From positions 9,300,001-9,364,000 of the forward strand of contig OZ176051.1 of NCBI GenBank assembly GCA_964247055.1: a stretch of 64,000 nt of DNA, read 5' to 3'. Source of the stretch: Paragordius varius (lineage: Eukaryota; Animalia; Nematomorpha). The position numbers and the translations under genes were made by a program. Below the pieces are notes generated by a model. That model saw nothing but the letters and a program-made list of their open reading frames with translations, ran no database searches and had not been told where the DNA came from. Below are positions 52,601-64,000 of this stretch, piece by piece (the first letter of the stretch is position 1; every line of letters starts with the position of its first letter).

Positions 52601-55600
52601 ATATCGATCAATGTACGTAATCTTAATTTATTAATGTAAGAAGAAGCATTTTCAATAAAACATTAAGCTACCTGTCTTCAGTCAAATCCATTTCCAACAC
52701 CTTTATTCCACTCTCAGGAACTTGTCTATACGTTTGTTGAATATATGGGTCAGCTAGGATATTCCCCTTTATGGCGCAAAAATCCCCGGACAAACATATA
52801 GCTCCACCAAACATGTGATCGGCATTTACCTCTAACCAATGCTTTTGTATGTATTCAAAGCGTTGATAATTGGCCCAAAAACTGTTTCCACGGCCATTAA
52901 CCTATAAATAATTAGATTTTTTCTACCCTGCCAAACACACTGCCAAGTTTTTGATTGCTAATCAAAGAATTAACTAGGGTATAAAGAGCTTCTGGAGAGA
53001 AACATATATCACCATCTATCATTACCATGACAGATTTTATAATATCGAATTTAACTATTGAAGCCTTGTCATTGTAATTTTTTCCCAAATAATCCAAAAT
53101 GTAATCCATGTATAAAATCTAATAAAAAAGGGATCATTGGGGTTGGTCTCATTCACATAATAACCGGTCTGATTGGCTGTAAATATACTTATTCAAGGTG
53201 ATAACTAGTCAAACAAATATTAAATATAAGTTGTTGCTGAACCAAAACACTGTTTAACTTCTTTCAATAATCCATAATCATAAATGCAAATTTTTTGTAA
53301 ATTTTAAATTTTACAATCTTTTTAGTTTAAATTTAATGATGAGGTGTATTGTTTCCTATATTGATTCACGAATGCGTCTTATTATGGGGCTTATTTGTAT
53401 TGTTTTACATTTGATAAAGAGTTAATAATCGTAAACTAATCTATAATGAATAAATTAGGCATTGGCGCTTTATTCCACATAAAATATGAGTAAACATTTT
53501 AAAAAATTCTATTTATAATCGGAATTTTAACTTTTCTTGATCAATTACATTAAAGATAAAATCAAGATTTTATAAATGACAATTCATAAGGGAAATTTAA
53601 CCCTATCAACCGTTCGACACTTACATAAGCTTAATTTCATGTTTTTTCTATGATAGGAGTTAAGATTTCCAAATAATATATTTAAAATATAATGATATGA
53701 AATATAGGTAGAAACTTCATTGCAAAAACAGTTGTTAAGGAATGGAAATGATTGAACCATTTATATATAAATTTCACAATGACATTGTACACATAACCGT
53801 ATATGGCTTGTAATTCGAAATGAAAAAAAAATTATATTTATAATCAGTACCTGACTCCATCTTTTCCAAACTTTTATGTAAGATTTATTTTTAAGATGCA
53901 AAACCAATCTGGCTTTAGATGGCAAATACCAGATTAATCGACCTCCATATGGAGTGTTTTCTTTAACCTTTGAATGTTTGACATCATTTAAAAGTTTTTC
54001 AATATGTTTAGTTGGTAATATATGATAACATAACAAGTTTTGTACACAATCTATAAACGTTTCCGCATATTCGTTGATGATCTAAAATACATTTGCAAAA
54101 TTAGTTAATTTAAGGCTCCGTACTTTTTTATGTAGTGATAGTTATATTAGAAGAAGATTTTTTTTGAATTTAATAAAGTTAAACAATAAAATATTTAAGG
54201 GGACATTCAGTTAAAATTATTTATAGAACCGGATTGGTTTCTTAAAATTAAAACGGTTTTGAAGCCGATTATATTTTAATGATTTTCATTAACATTTTCA
54301 TTATATAATAATAAACCAAAACATTACGATTGTAAATCAAAACATAATTTATTAAATAATCAAATAGCCAAATGTATAAATAGGGTTGTGCATTTGACTG
54401 CTTTTTTAAAAAAGTCCGGTCAGACCCAGTCAGACCATGGTCATGACCACTTTTTACTTAAATAAATATCATCCGATATTGGATTATGAAAATAATGTTC
54501 GGACGACACTTGCGTTTTACTAATAATGTCATGTTTTTTCTTAAAAATTTATATTATACAATTTTTTATGTTTTCAATCAAATGTAATCAGGAATTTCGT
54601 TTTCAAAAAAATTTTGATTTGTGGCCTTCTGAGTCTTACAATACATAGATTTTAATACTGGATATTTCAAATAAAATTTTACCTAGTTTAAATAGACTTT
54701 CTTTCATCAGTGTAATATTCAATTATAAAATGTTCTTTCATTTTATTGGTTGACATATATGGAATAATTTCATATTTGCAAAGTGCTTAATTGTTATGTT
54801 TTTTGAAATAACTGGATATGTTTAAATGCTAATATTATAATGATTCATGTCTAACAATATTATATTGTTAAATAAACATATAATTTATATTTTTAAATAA
54901 TATATAAAAAACAATAAAATCTTAATATTACTCTTTTAAAAATTACCAGCAATTTTTCAAAAAACATGTATTTTTTTAAATGACCATGGTCAAAGAATAA
55001 ATAGTGACTGACCTGGTCATCACCTGGCCAATTGACCGGGTCATGACTTGGTCAGCAAAACCCTATGTATAAGTACAAAGCTAGGTAATAAGTGTATCTG
55101 TATTAATTATCGCATCTATAGAGGAAATCTTTACTTGATTTGAAAAATGATTCACTAAGCAAATTGGTCATTATCATACCTTTAAATATAGTATTAGCGT
55201 AAAAAAGTTTTTTTTTGTTCTGAGCTGTAATATATACAGCTAATATACCCTTACATGATTTAGTATTTTTGCAAAATCTGTGGCCAAAAAAAAACTTTGA
55301 GGGCCTCATACGGTACATGGGCCGCAGTTTGAATACCACTAATATATAGTGTGGTTCATTTTTTTTGTTTGAGGTTATTGATTATGGATGATAAAGGTCA
55401 TGATTTTTTACCAGCACCAGTTAATGTATCTTAATCTATAACGAATCTACAATAATAATGTCTGTGGTTCTCTTTAAGTGTTAAAGAATTCACAAAAATT
55501 CTCTTCATGGTAAATGAATTTCGATCGTATACGAGAAAAAAATGTTTTCATATGATTATCTTTTTAAACGATGGATGGAAAAATGTTATTATACAAATTT

Positions 55601-56130
55601 TATTTTTAAAAATAAAACCATATGGGTAACCACTTTTTAGGAGGTGGAACTGGAACCGAACTAATTCCATGACGGTTGGAACCGAAAGAGGGCTCGTTGA
55701 TTTTAAAGTGAAACCGGGGTGGTTCCTGAAATTTTAAAGCCGGAACCGGGGTTCCAATCTAATGGAATCGGTGCCTGCTAAATCTCTTGAGCCGGGTTCC
55801 GGTTTTATAGGGTTTTGCTTCTGGTTTGAACCTCTGATTTTAAAACATAAAAGTTCTTATCGTTTATCTTTTAAACAAAATAATTACTTCAATATTATAA
55901 TGGTCAAATGCATCATCCAAAACTACGTGGTATTCATTAAAATTTGTCCCATTTATTTTAAGATTTTCCAGGTCTGTTCTACAAAATTTTAAATACAATC
56001 ATGAATCATACCTTATGATGGAATTAACGAGTTGTTCCATTTCAGTTCGATTTTCATGCCACATGGTTACACATACAAACACATTATAATTATTATAGAG
56101 TGGAATGCAATCCTGACAATCTACAGGGCC
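38867..56130 (-). CDS. Divergent chitin synthase-like glycosyltransferase (GT2, Chitin_synth_2-type)
   Basis: Exons: 56012-56130 (VCVTMWHE), 55888-55978 (HVVLDDAFD), 53851-54081 (TPYGGRL...WKRWSQ), 52927-53118 (MIDGDICF), 52672-52901 (QRFEY..HW...TEDR), 49017-49233 (FNQKRRW), 47035-47202, 46657-46956 (WGTRE), 40702-40892 (EKIFW...LRNR), 38867-39061 (last TM helices, TGA). At least one exon between 46657 and 40892 is unresolved. Probable further 5' exon at about 56817-56975. Confidence 0.9.
39138..39394. mobile_element. Family B element
   Basis: TATA|CCATTTAT ... GTAAATGG|TATA with CCCTTGAACAATTTAAATTCA unit; abuts the Family A MITE. Confidence 0.75.
39403..40634. mobile_element. Family A palindromic MITE, copy 2
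   Basis: TACTGTGTGCAAAAAAG ... TTTTTTGCACACAGTG, TA-flanked; colinear with 20067-21269. Confidence 0.85.
41333..41598. mobile_element. Short hAT-type MITE
   Basis: TIRs CAGGGGTGTCAAAC / GTTTGACACACCTG; related to 50439-50718. No TSD match seen. Confidence 0.7.
41735..42593. mobile_element. hAT-type MITE with GGTTCC/GAACC-rich subterminal arrays
   Basis: Termini CAGGGTTGCCGAAACC / GGTTTCAAGCCCTG and a perfect 8-bp TSD ATTTAAAT on both sides. Partial related copy at about 55630-55830. Confidence 0.9.
43170..44691 (-). mobile_element. 5'-truncated Penelope-like retroelement (left arm of an inverted pair)
   Basis: ORF 44135-44614: IVSNINS...[11 protein letters not shown]...CLHNTFF, a PLE reverse transcriptase with frameshifts. 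Confidence 0.85.
44838..46080 (+). mobile_element. 5'-truncated Penelope-like retroelement (right arm of an inverted pair)
   Basis: [53 protein letters not shown] and the GIY-YIG-type CSCDQIYIGETG, SGLSEH. Stops and frameshifts present. Confidence 0.88.
47887..48183. mobile_element. Family B element (degenerate)
   Basis: TATA|CCACATAAA ... GTAAATGT|TATA; internal sequence shared with the copies at 32709 and 39138. Confidence 0.65.
49877..51103. mobile_element. Family B-type foldback element with 21-bp minisatellite arms and a nested hAT-type MITE
   Basis: TATA|CCATTTCCCAGTC ... GACTGGGAAATGG|TATA. About 10 copies of CCCAGTCAATCGAAACGTTTT on the left and about 4 inverted copies on the right; long inverted arms; central insert at 50439-50718. 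Confidence 0.85.
50439..50718. mobile_element. hAT-type MITE nested in the Family B element
   Basis: CAGGGGTGTCTAACC ... GCGGGCCGCAC ... GTTGGGCACCCG; same class as 41333-41598 and about 15406-15630. Confidence 0.65.
54381..55065. mobile_element. Family C hAT-type MITE, copy 2
   Basis: TAGGGTTG ... AAACCCTA termini; 8-bp flanks TGTATAAA / TGTATAAG (7/8 match, consistent with a TSD). Confidence 0.85.
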
Positions 56131-57379
56131 CTAATAATATTAAGAATCAAGTTCGAGTGTATGACTATATACTTTTGATTTGATTATGTATGTACAGCCA
56201 CCCTACTTAGTTATCTCATGTTTTCAATTGAAAATTTAAAAGGCTTGCAAATAGGTAATATCTCTTTAATGGAATAGCCTTATTAATTAAATTTACGCAG
56301 ACGTTATATTTGTATTCTCTTTCGATAAAGTTGTAATTGGAATAAAATTAGCTGAATTTTTGATTTTATTCCGAGAGTAAAAATCTTAAGCCGTATCGAT
56401 CATACGAAATTCTATATTTAAATTATATAGTTTTGAAACATCTAACTTCGATTTGCTACACATTCATTTTAAATCCGTTAAATTTTAAAACTACCATAAA
56501 TTACGGCCGCGAGACTTTTAGAGCTTTAAAATAAATTTAAAAATTTTGGATTTTAAATAAGTTATATTTAATAACATTGTGACAATTAAAAAATTGTTAT
56601 AGTGTGATACGATTTTTGAATTTTATGAGATATTATAATTTTTTTAATTAGTCGCAAGCCCTATTTGCGGAATAACATCTCTTAAAACATTATCCGGAAT
56701 TGGGCTGTATTATTGACGAATTCTTGCGACTCGCAGATGATTGTGAAACAATATTCCGAAAAAGAATATTGCTTTTTTTTACATTTAATAACTTTCAAAA
56801 ATAAGAAGTATGTACCTTTGTGTTTTGGTCTTTCGTTTGCCTTGAAATATTTTTTAATGTAAAATTGAGTATTTTCCACAATCTTAAAACATTAGCCATT
56901 ATGAAGGAATAAATGTTTAAATTTAAAAAGTTTATAAGTTTCCACCACATATTCCTATGACTTTTCATATCCACTAATATTTATGGGTTAGGATTCTGCC
57001 GTAAATTAAGCTGATATTGGAATTAAGTGTTTTGAATATTTATTTCAGAACTTTTGGTGATAATCAAATATAAATATACTTTACTGTTATTATTTAACTA
57101 ATGGTTTGTTTATGCACACTCGCTTCTTTGTTGAGGACTTAACAATCTATCTTTATAATCTAAAGAAAAAGGACCGCTATTACAAAAAAATATTTTTTCA
57201 TAAATTACTATGTAAAATTGACAATGTTAAATGTTTGTAAACTATATGCTATAGAAATCCTGTTACTGCAATAATATGGTAAATAAACTTATTTAAACAT
57301 AAACAACGAATGTTTTAACAATTGACCTATATCAGGCATATCTCAAGTCTTTACCGTATTTTGAAAAACACGTTTTGAG

Positions 57380-58340
57380 GGAAAATGACTTATTTATGCT
57401 ATACAAAATATTGTGTATCGGTTTGGTTCTTATTATTCAGGCAGTATATAAATGGCTTGCCAGAAAAACTGATTGTTTTATGCGGCAAACAATTCAGTAG
57501 CCGTCTTCCGTCTTTTAAATTATTTTGCTACTCTGTTCGCGTATTACCCTTAGATGCAAAGAGGTAGTCAGTGTTTAAGGTTGCGAATGCATATACCCTC
57601 GAGGAGATTTAAAGGTGCATTTCACTCCTTCTGTGTAATTCGGATTTGTTATGTAGCAAAATCGTAGTATCTGCCACATTCCGGTCGTTTTTAATTAAGG
57701 CAAGGTTTAAATTTACCACTTGTTGTTGAAAGTAACAGTTTCCGCAGGGTTAAATACTTCATACAATACCGCTCTGATCCTACCAGAAACAAAGTGTCTT
57801 TTTGCAAAAGCAAATTTGGTTGTTGTTTATGGATCGATATTGGCAAGGTGAAAGCCATAATTTTACGCGTTGCAAAATTAGCCCATTTCCTCAACCCATC
57901 ACATTTTTAGGCAAACTAATTTTCTTTCGCTACAATGATTCTCCTTTCAATGATAAATTTCACCAGACATTTTGTGATCGCGATTTTATGGTCATTCTGT
58001 GATAGTAATGCTTCTGCCATTTGCCGTTATTGAGATATATCATTAATTAACAACTATTGTCCTATATCATTTGCAAATATGTGATCTACGAGATCGCCCT
58101 CTAACTTTTGCATTGAAATCAGAACTTTTAAATTAAACCTGTTTCATACTTGTAATCGATTGTGTGTGCTTAATATGCAGCAAACAATGACTCTCAACAG
58201 CCTTTTTTTAATGAAATAAAGCAATCTTGATGTAAATGCTGTTGTACAAGCATAAAATTCGACATATTTGATGAATGGCACAACAAGAGGCCTACGTATG
58301 TTGATTGTTGAATGTCTAATTAATAACATGGGGTCTGCGT
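57380..58340 (-). mobile_element. Decayed mariner (Tc1/mariner) transposase pseudogene
   Basis: Broken translation KKKAVESHCLL, FKSSDFN, LCFW*DQSGIV, ILLHNK and TDYLFAS resembles Mos1-type KKTAAESHRML / FKSGDFD / WDQ.G / LLHDN / SDYHLF. Confidence 0.75.
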
Positions 58341-59993
58341 TTAATAATCGTCTGCGTACTTTTCAATGACGTCGTTTCTTAGTTGAATCAATAAGTATAT
58401 GACAACATCGGATATACCTCATTGATTTAAAAATTATGAATGGAAATTTGATTCGACTAATATTTTGTCATCTATTGTAGAAAAAATAATATTTTTGCTG
58501 TCATTCTAATAATTTTCAATGTAAATTTAATGTGTATTTTACAGTGTTTAAACAGTTATTATCTATATTAAATTAATGGATGCATATTGGAAAATAAAAA
58601 ATTCATTGATAAGTTTTGTGGTAATACATATTTTTATTCTATTGGCTGGATTTTTAAAACAGGTTTGTATATTAACCTGTCTAAAGGGTTAATAAAATAG
58701 CCGGTTGGAAAGTATATTATTAAATAAATTAAATATATAAATTGTATTATCTAATTATTTGTAATATAGTAGGATTTACAACAAACTGATTAAAATTTTA
58801 TGTAATATTTAGATTCAATTAATACATAAATTATTTCCCAATTTATATTTTATTAGGGTTCATGATAGAATTTACGGTAAAGTTGCTTGTGTGATTCTTG
58901 ATTATAACTGTCCATGAAATAAGGATTTCGATTTTAATGTACCCCTTTAGTTACTTTACACTATGTTAGTATAATTTTACCACAAATATAGCCCGATAAT
59001 TAATTAACAAAAACTATTTCATTATATTTTTTTTAAATTTTATATAATAAAAATAGATGTTTGCCGATCAATTATAATCTAATATAGATTATTCGAATAA
59101 ATTAAGCTATTTTTTTGTTTAATTATATTGATGATTTATTATTTTAAAAGTTACCCATGGTATTGAAAATATTTGTTATAATAAATTTAAAGTTCATTTG
59201 AGTCACAGAGACATAGAGTAATACACATCCGCTATTTTTCATTTTATAATATTTTTCCTCTAATTTTTAAGTAACCATATCTTTACTCTTTCTTTCATTT
59301 TAGTAGTTTAAATATGTTTGATAACATTTCCTTTAATTTTTTAGAGTTTTTTACAAGTCTTAAATCCATAACAAAATTTTTTTATAAAATTAATTGGCAT
59401 GTGTATACTCCATCATTTTTTTAAATTAAAGGGTAGTATAAACCCTCAACCAATTATTTTTACATATAGTCCAAGAAATTTGATATGCATTTTTCAAAAA
59501 AACTTTTTTTGATGTCACATAGTATATAGTGAAAATTGGTACCATGATTCGCCATTTTTGCGTTCATTCAAAATGATGGCCTTTTGTAAAGGGTTAAAAT
59601 TCTATATAATTAATATTATTTCATATTTAAATATATATGTATAGACATATATATATATATATATATATATATAGATCTTTTGGAATGGAGCATCTCGTTT
59701 ATACCAAAAAAATATATTTATCATAGTGCGCCAATTTTGCCATTTTTCTATACGGAGCACAAAAGCATAATTATTTAAAAAAGGAATGCCCAAAATTTAA
59801 AGGATTATAAAAATCCCGATTATATCAGATTATATATTTCATCGGGATATATTTTAGACATCCCGATTCGCTATGTGCATATGAAATAAATATACTGTAA
59901 GCATAAAATAATTAATATAAAATATAATGTCTTTCAATGTTTATTTTATTTTAATGAACCATTTATTTTAACTTATAGTATTTTGTAATCTGA

Positions 59994-60223
59994 TTATCTG
60001 AAAAGTAGTATTGCTTTCTTCAGGTTCTGTTTCAAAATTGTTGTTATTGTTTTTGAATCAAGAATAGTTGCTCCCATAACCATTTTGGCATACCGACCGG
60101 TTGACATAGCTAATATGTATATTGAGCACATTTCAAGTGTCTGGGTATCCAAAATGTTGATCGGGATAGTCAGGTTTTCATTGTAATTAATTGAATTTCG
60201 GATAGGTAACATTTTCGTTTTGA
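59994..60223 (-). CDS. Possible terminal exon of a C2-domain (synaptotagmin C2B-like) protein
   Basis: VKTKMLPIRNSINYNENLTIP...SIYILAMSTGRYAKMVMGATILD...ILKQNLKKAILLFR* resembles C2 strands by eye. A candidate upstream exon at about 63805-63945 (LLILSYHPT) could not be linked. Confidence 0.35.
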
Positions 60224-61302
60224 CTTTAACAATTTTTCGATGATTTAAAGAGATATAAGCCAAAATTTAATGTATATTTGTTTACCCGACCATTCGTCAT
60301 TAAAATCAAATAATTTATAATCATGCACTCAAATTTGGGCCTTCGGGGGTTGCGTTATAGCTCATGCCTTAAAAAATGCCATTAAATTAATTAATATTTT
60401 TGACATACTTTAAAAATTCAAATAAGTCATAAACATTATACTTATTGTCAATTCCCCTGTAACAGTGCCTGATTCGTCAAAAGGCTAGTTTCAGCAAATA
60501 ATCGCAATATCCGACATTTGATAGTTCTTTTTCTACCGATCTCAAATATAGCATACCTTGACCAACACACCGTATTTTTTCAAGATGGGGCATACTTATA
60601 TCTATTGGTGAGTCGTTTACTTGTTGGATAAATAATTGAAAAATCAAAACATCTCATCTGCAGTCAATGATATTAAGTTTATATTTATGTAATCAATAGC
60701 ATATTTATATATATATATATACTTGGTACAAAATTTTTTTTTTCATCAGATAGCCTGTGACCAGTAAGTTCTTTTGCCGTATAATTTTTTATTTGTTTAC
60801 CACCTAGTTTTTGAAATAAGAGTTGAAAATCGAAATCGTGCACAAAGTGAAAATTATAGATAATTAATGATAATTCAAAAAATAGTGATAAAATTAGAGA
60901 TATTATGGTTGATTATCATTTTAGGAGATATTTTCTATATATAAATAGCCTAAAATCATATAAATAGGGTTTTTATAAAATCTCAATTAATAGATGGCGT
61001 TTTTCTTTTTAATAAATTGTCAAAAATTTATTAAACTATGTTAAAACAATTTTTTTAATTATTTATTAGCGAAACTTACTATAAAAATCTTAACATTCAT
61101 ATCTATCAAAATAAGACTAAAAAATAATGTTTTTCATTTAAACATTTTTTGTCGGTTTATGAGCGTATAAAAAATTTATAATGTTGTGGAATCTTACATG
61201 AGTGGGAAATAATATTTTTTAGTTTTATTTTAAAATAGATATTTTTTTACTGAATTAAATATGAATGTTAAGGTTTTAATAGTGAATTTAGCTAATATAT
61301 AA

Positions 61303-62427
61303 CACTAGACAACAAATTTTTCTGCCACTCGAGTTTTTTGCATTTTTTGATATTTAATATCATTTTAACAGTAAATCTGAAATAAAAATTATAACTCGTT
61401 GGAAGAGTTTTGTATAATTTGATTTTTTAGATTATGCGCCCTCTTTATCAAAATTTTACTAAAAAATGTTTTTCTTTGAAAATATACAAGTAATGCCCAT
61501 TTGTAATATATCATTCGAAAGAGTATTAAAAACTCTATTAAATGTATACTAATATGTATTACATCGACAGTTAATATTGGACACAAAGAGCGACAAACGC
61601 GCGAAGCGAGAGCATTTTATTTAATTATTATATTTTTAAAACTAATGGATGAAATTAGCTCAAACTTTGTGTAGATGAAGATGAATGTCCAAAAAAGATA
61701 ACACAAGAAAGTTTATTTTGATTAAAACATTTTTTATTGCTTTTATGTCACTCAAAACAGCCATTTTTAAGTTTTTTGTTTTTTAAAAATTACCATCTCA
61801 TCAATATTAATTTATTTTCTTTACAAGGCTGATAATTTCGAAAATTTAAAGATAAAAACAAAGTTTAAGGTATTTTTGATCTTTTATAGCCACTATGTAA
61901 TAAATTTACAGTTATAACTATGCATTTTAATATCCACTAGGTAAAATATTTATGATAATAATAATTTTTATTAAAAAAGCAAACCAAAAGCTTTTCCAAA
62001 CATTTTTTTTAAATGAAATACTAATATAACCCTAATAATTATATTAAAAGAATTTATAAGATTTTCAAATTAGTTTGTCTGTGAAAATTCTTGACTTATT
62101 TAAGGATTGAAAATTTTGACCATTTAAATCCAAATAACTTTTACATCTGATAGATTTAAATGACTTACTACCATTTAAAAGATGCGGTTTTTTGCGCTCT
62201 TTCGAATGATATAAAATACATGGCTTCAGATCTAAAACTTTAAATTTTCGAAATTTCGAGTTTAATGTTAAATCGGGGCCAAAAATTATCGATAAACTCT
62301 GATATAAAAAAATTCCTTCATGTAAAACCAATTTTCTTTTCAGATATACTAATTATGTACTTTAATGAAATAAATTTTAAATATACAAGAACGACAGTTA
62401 AAAAAAGTTAAAATTTGTTGTCTAGTG
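61303..62427. mobile_element. Non-autonomous DNA transposon with CACTAGACAACAAATTT TIRs, nested in Family A copy 3
   Basis: CACTAGACAACAAATTT (61303) / AAATTTGTTGTCTAGTG (ending 62427), followed by TA. Confidence 0.8.
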
Positions 62428-62558
62428 TAATTAAAAAAAATATTTTAGTATAGTTACATAAAAATATTTCGGACTTTTAAGTGTGTAAAAAGAAAAACGC
62501 CATCTCTGGAACTGAGATTTCAAAAACCCTATATATATGATTTCAGGCTATTTATTTA

Positions 62559-63122
62559 CCATTTGTACTTCATGTTCTTGAACACTTCAAGTTGATCTTT
62601 GAACATTTCAAGTTGGTCCTTGAACATTTCAAGTTGGTCCTTGAACACTACAAGTTGGTCTTTAAAATTTTTTAACCATAATTTTTGGTGTTTTTTTATT
62701 TTTATTTTTTAACTTTTCTTAATTTTTAATATATTTATTCATTTTTTTCTTAAAAACCACTTTTTTGATTCAAACTAATTTTCTCATTTAACAAAATTAT
62801 AAAATTTTAAATGTTTTCAAAAATTATAATTAATAACCCAGAATACTTATATTTTTTATATACGTGTTAAAATCTTATAAATTATAAAAATAATTTTAAG
62901 GTATTAATAAAGATATACGGTTTCTCAATGATTAAAAGTTGATATTGATTTAAAATTTTTCTTAAATAATAAAATTAGGTTAACAACGATAAGATAAGTG
63001 TTATACGATTTGATTTAAAAGTTAAAAACAAAAAAAATCAAAGGACCAACTTGGAGTGTGTTCAAGGAACTTGATTGTAAAGGACCAACTAGAAGTCAAG
63101 GACACTCTTGAAGTGCAAATGG
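62559..63122. mobile_element. Family B element nested in Family A copy 3
   Basis: TTTA|CCATTTGTACTTC ... GAAGTGCAAATGG|TATA; unit CTTGAACATTTCAAGTTGGTC at exact 21-bp spacing (AAC at 62581, 62602, 62623, 62644). Confidence 0.85.
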
Positions 63123-64000
63123 TATATATAAAAAATACCTCCTAAAATAATAATCAACCATAATATCTCAACTTTTATCATTATTTTTTGAATTATCTTT
63201 ATTTATCTTTAATTTTCACTTTTTGCCCGATATCGATTTTCTCTAAATATATCAAAAACTAGGCCGTCAACAAATTAAAATTTTTGTGGCAAATTCACTG
63301 GTCATCAGCTATCTCGAAAATTTTTTTTAAAAAATAACTCTCTTTTTTGCACACAGTATATATATACATTTTGAGTAATTACATCGGAAACTCTAAGAGC
63401 CCAAGTGGTGACTCATTAATTCTGTAAAATAATTAGAAGAAATAATTAACCGTTTAATTTTATTATAACTCTTCAGGTCAAATGAAATGAAGAACAGGAG
63501 CTTGATGGAACAAAATATTTATACACACCAAATTATTTGTTATTAATTATTATACAAACATTTTTAACTAAAAAAATTTTAAACAAAAGTAATACATAAA
63601 CACTATATTACCTTTTCACATTTTATATTATGGGTACTTATTTGGATTCTTTGTCCCTTTAAACTTATATGGTACAATTATTATTAGGGAAATTGTTTTT
63701 ACTAAATTAGTCCAAAATGTTTTTATAAATTTTTATATGTATATAGAATATAGAACCAACACTCGTGACAAACAGGTGATATTTAATTTAATAAATATCA
63801 TAACCTCGAATTTTTATCGAATAATTCCATGTCGGATGATATGACAAAATCAGTAAGGGCAATGTTCCATATTTTTTAAATGGATCTAAGCATTTATATA
63901 CGATTATTAAAGCTTCAAATAATGGTTGTTTTTTCATTTCATTTGTGTCGGATCAAGGTATAAAATAAGTTCTGGGTATAGAATGTGAACATTGATACAT

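Larger units (their letters stand above)
60740..63358. mobile_element. Family A MITE, copy 3 (diverged), interrupted by two nested elements
   Basis: Left arm about 60740-61295, central part 62430-62558, right arm 63123-63358 ending TTTTTTGCACACAGTATA. Confidence 0.75.

Noticed and set aside
56130-60223. C2 domain-chitin synthase fusion
   Set aside because: The C2-like exon ends in TAA, and no GT donor occurs in its last roughly 25 codons.
61389-62331. ORFs 61389-61586 and 62065-62331
   Set aside because: They lie inside the non-autonomous CACTAGAC element and show no transposase or other motifs.

Overview
Very AT-rich eukaryotic (invertebrate-like animal) genomic DNA; all gene models below were spliced by eye. 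Three well-supported genes lie on the minus strand: a CAP/SCP (CRISP-like) gene (1541-3473), BAG6 (6471-33876, 30 coding exons, about 1480 aa) and a strongly divergent chitin synthase-like GT2 gene (38867 to at least 56130). Two weaker candidates are a plus-strand micro-exon gene (4653-5708) and a C2-domain exon (59994-60223). Introns and spacers hold decayed hAT, mariner, RTE and Penelope elements, several MITE families (some nested) and a tRNA-Lys-derived SINE. The most unusual signal is the splicing: GT-AG introns of only 21-26 nt occur in all three well-supported genes and are required to keep conserved reading frames open. They coexist with a 10.2-kb intron and with very degenerate donor sites (+5 G in 4 of 29 BAG6 introns). 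The organism cannot be identified from the sequence alone.
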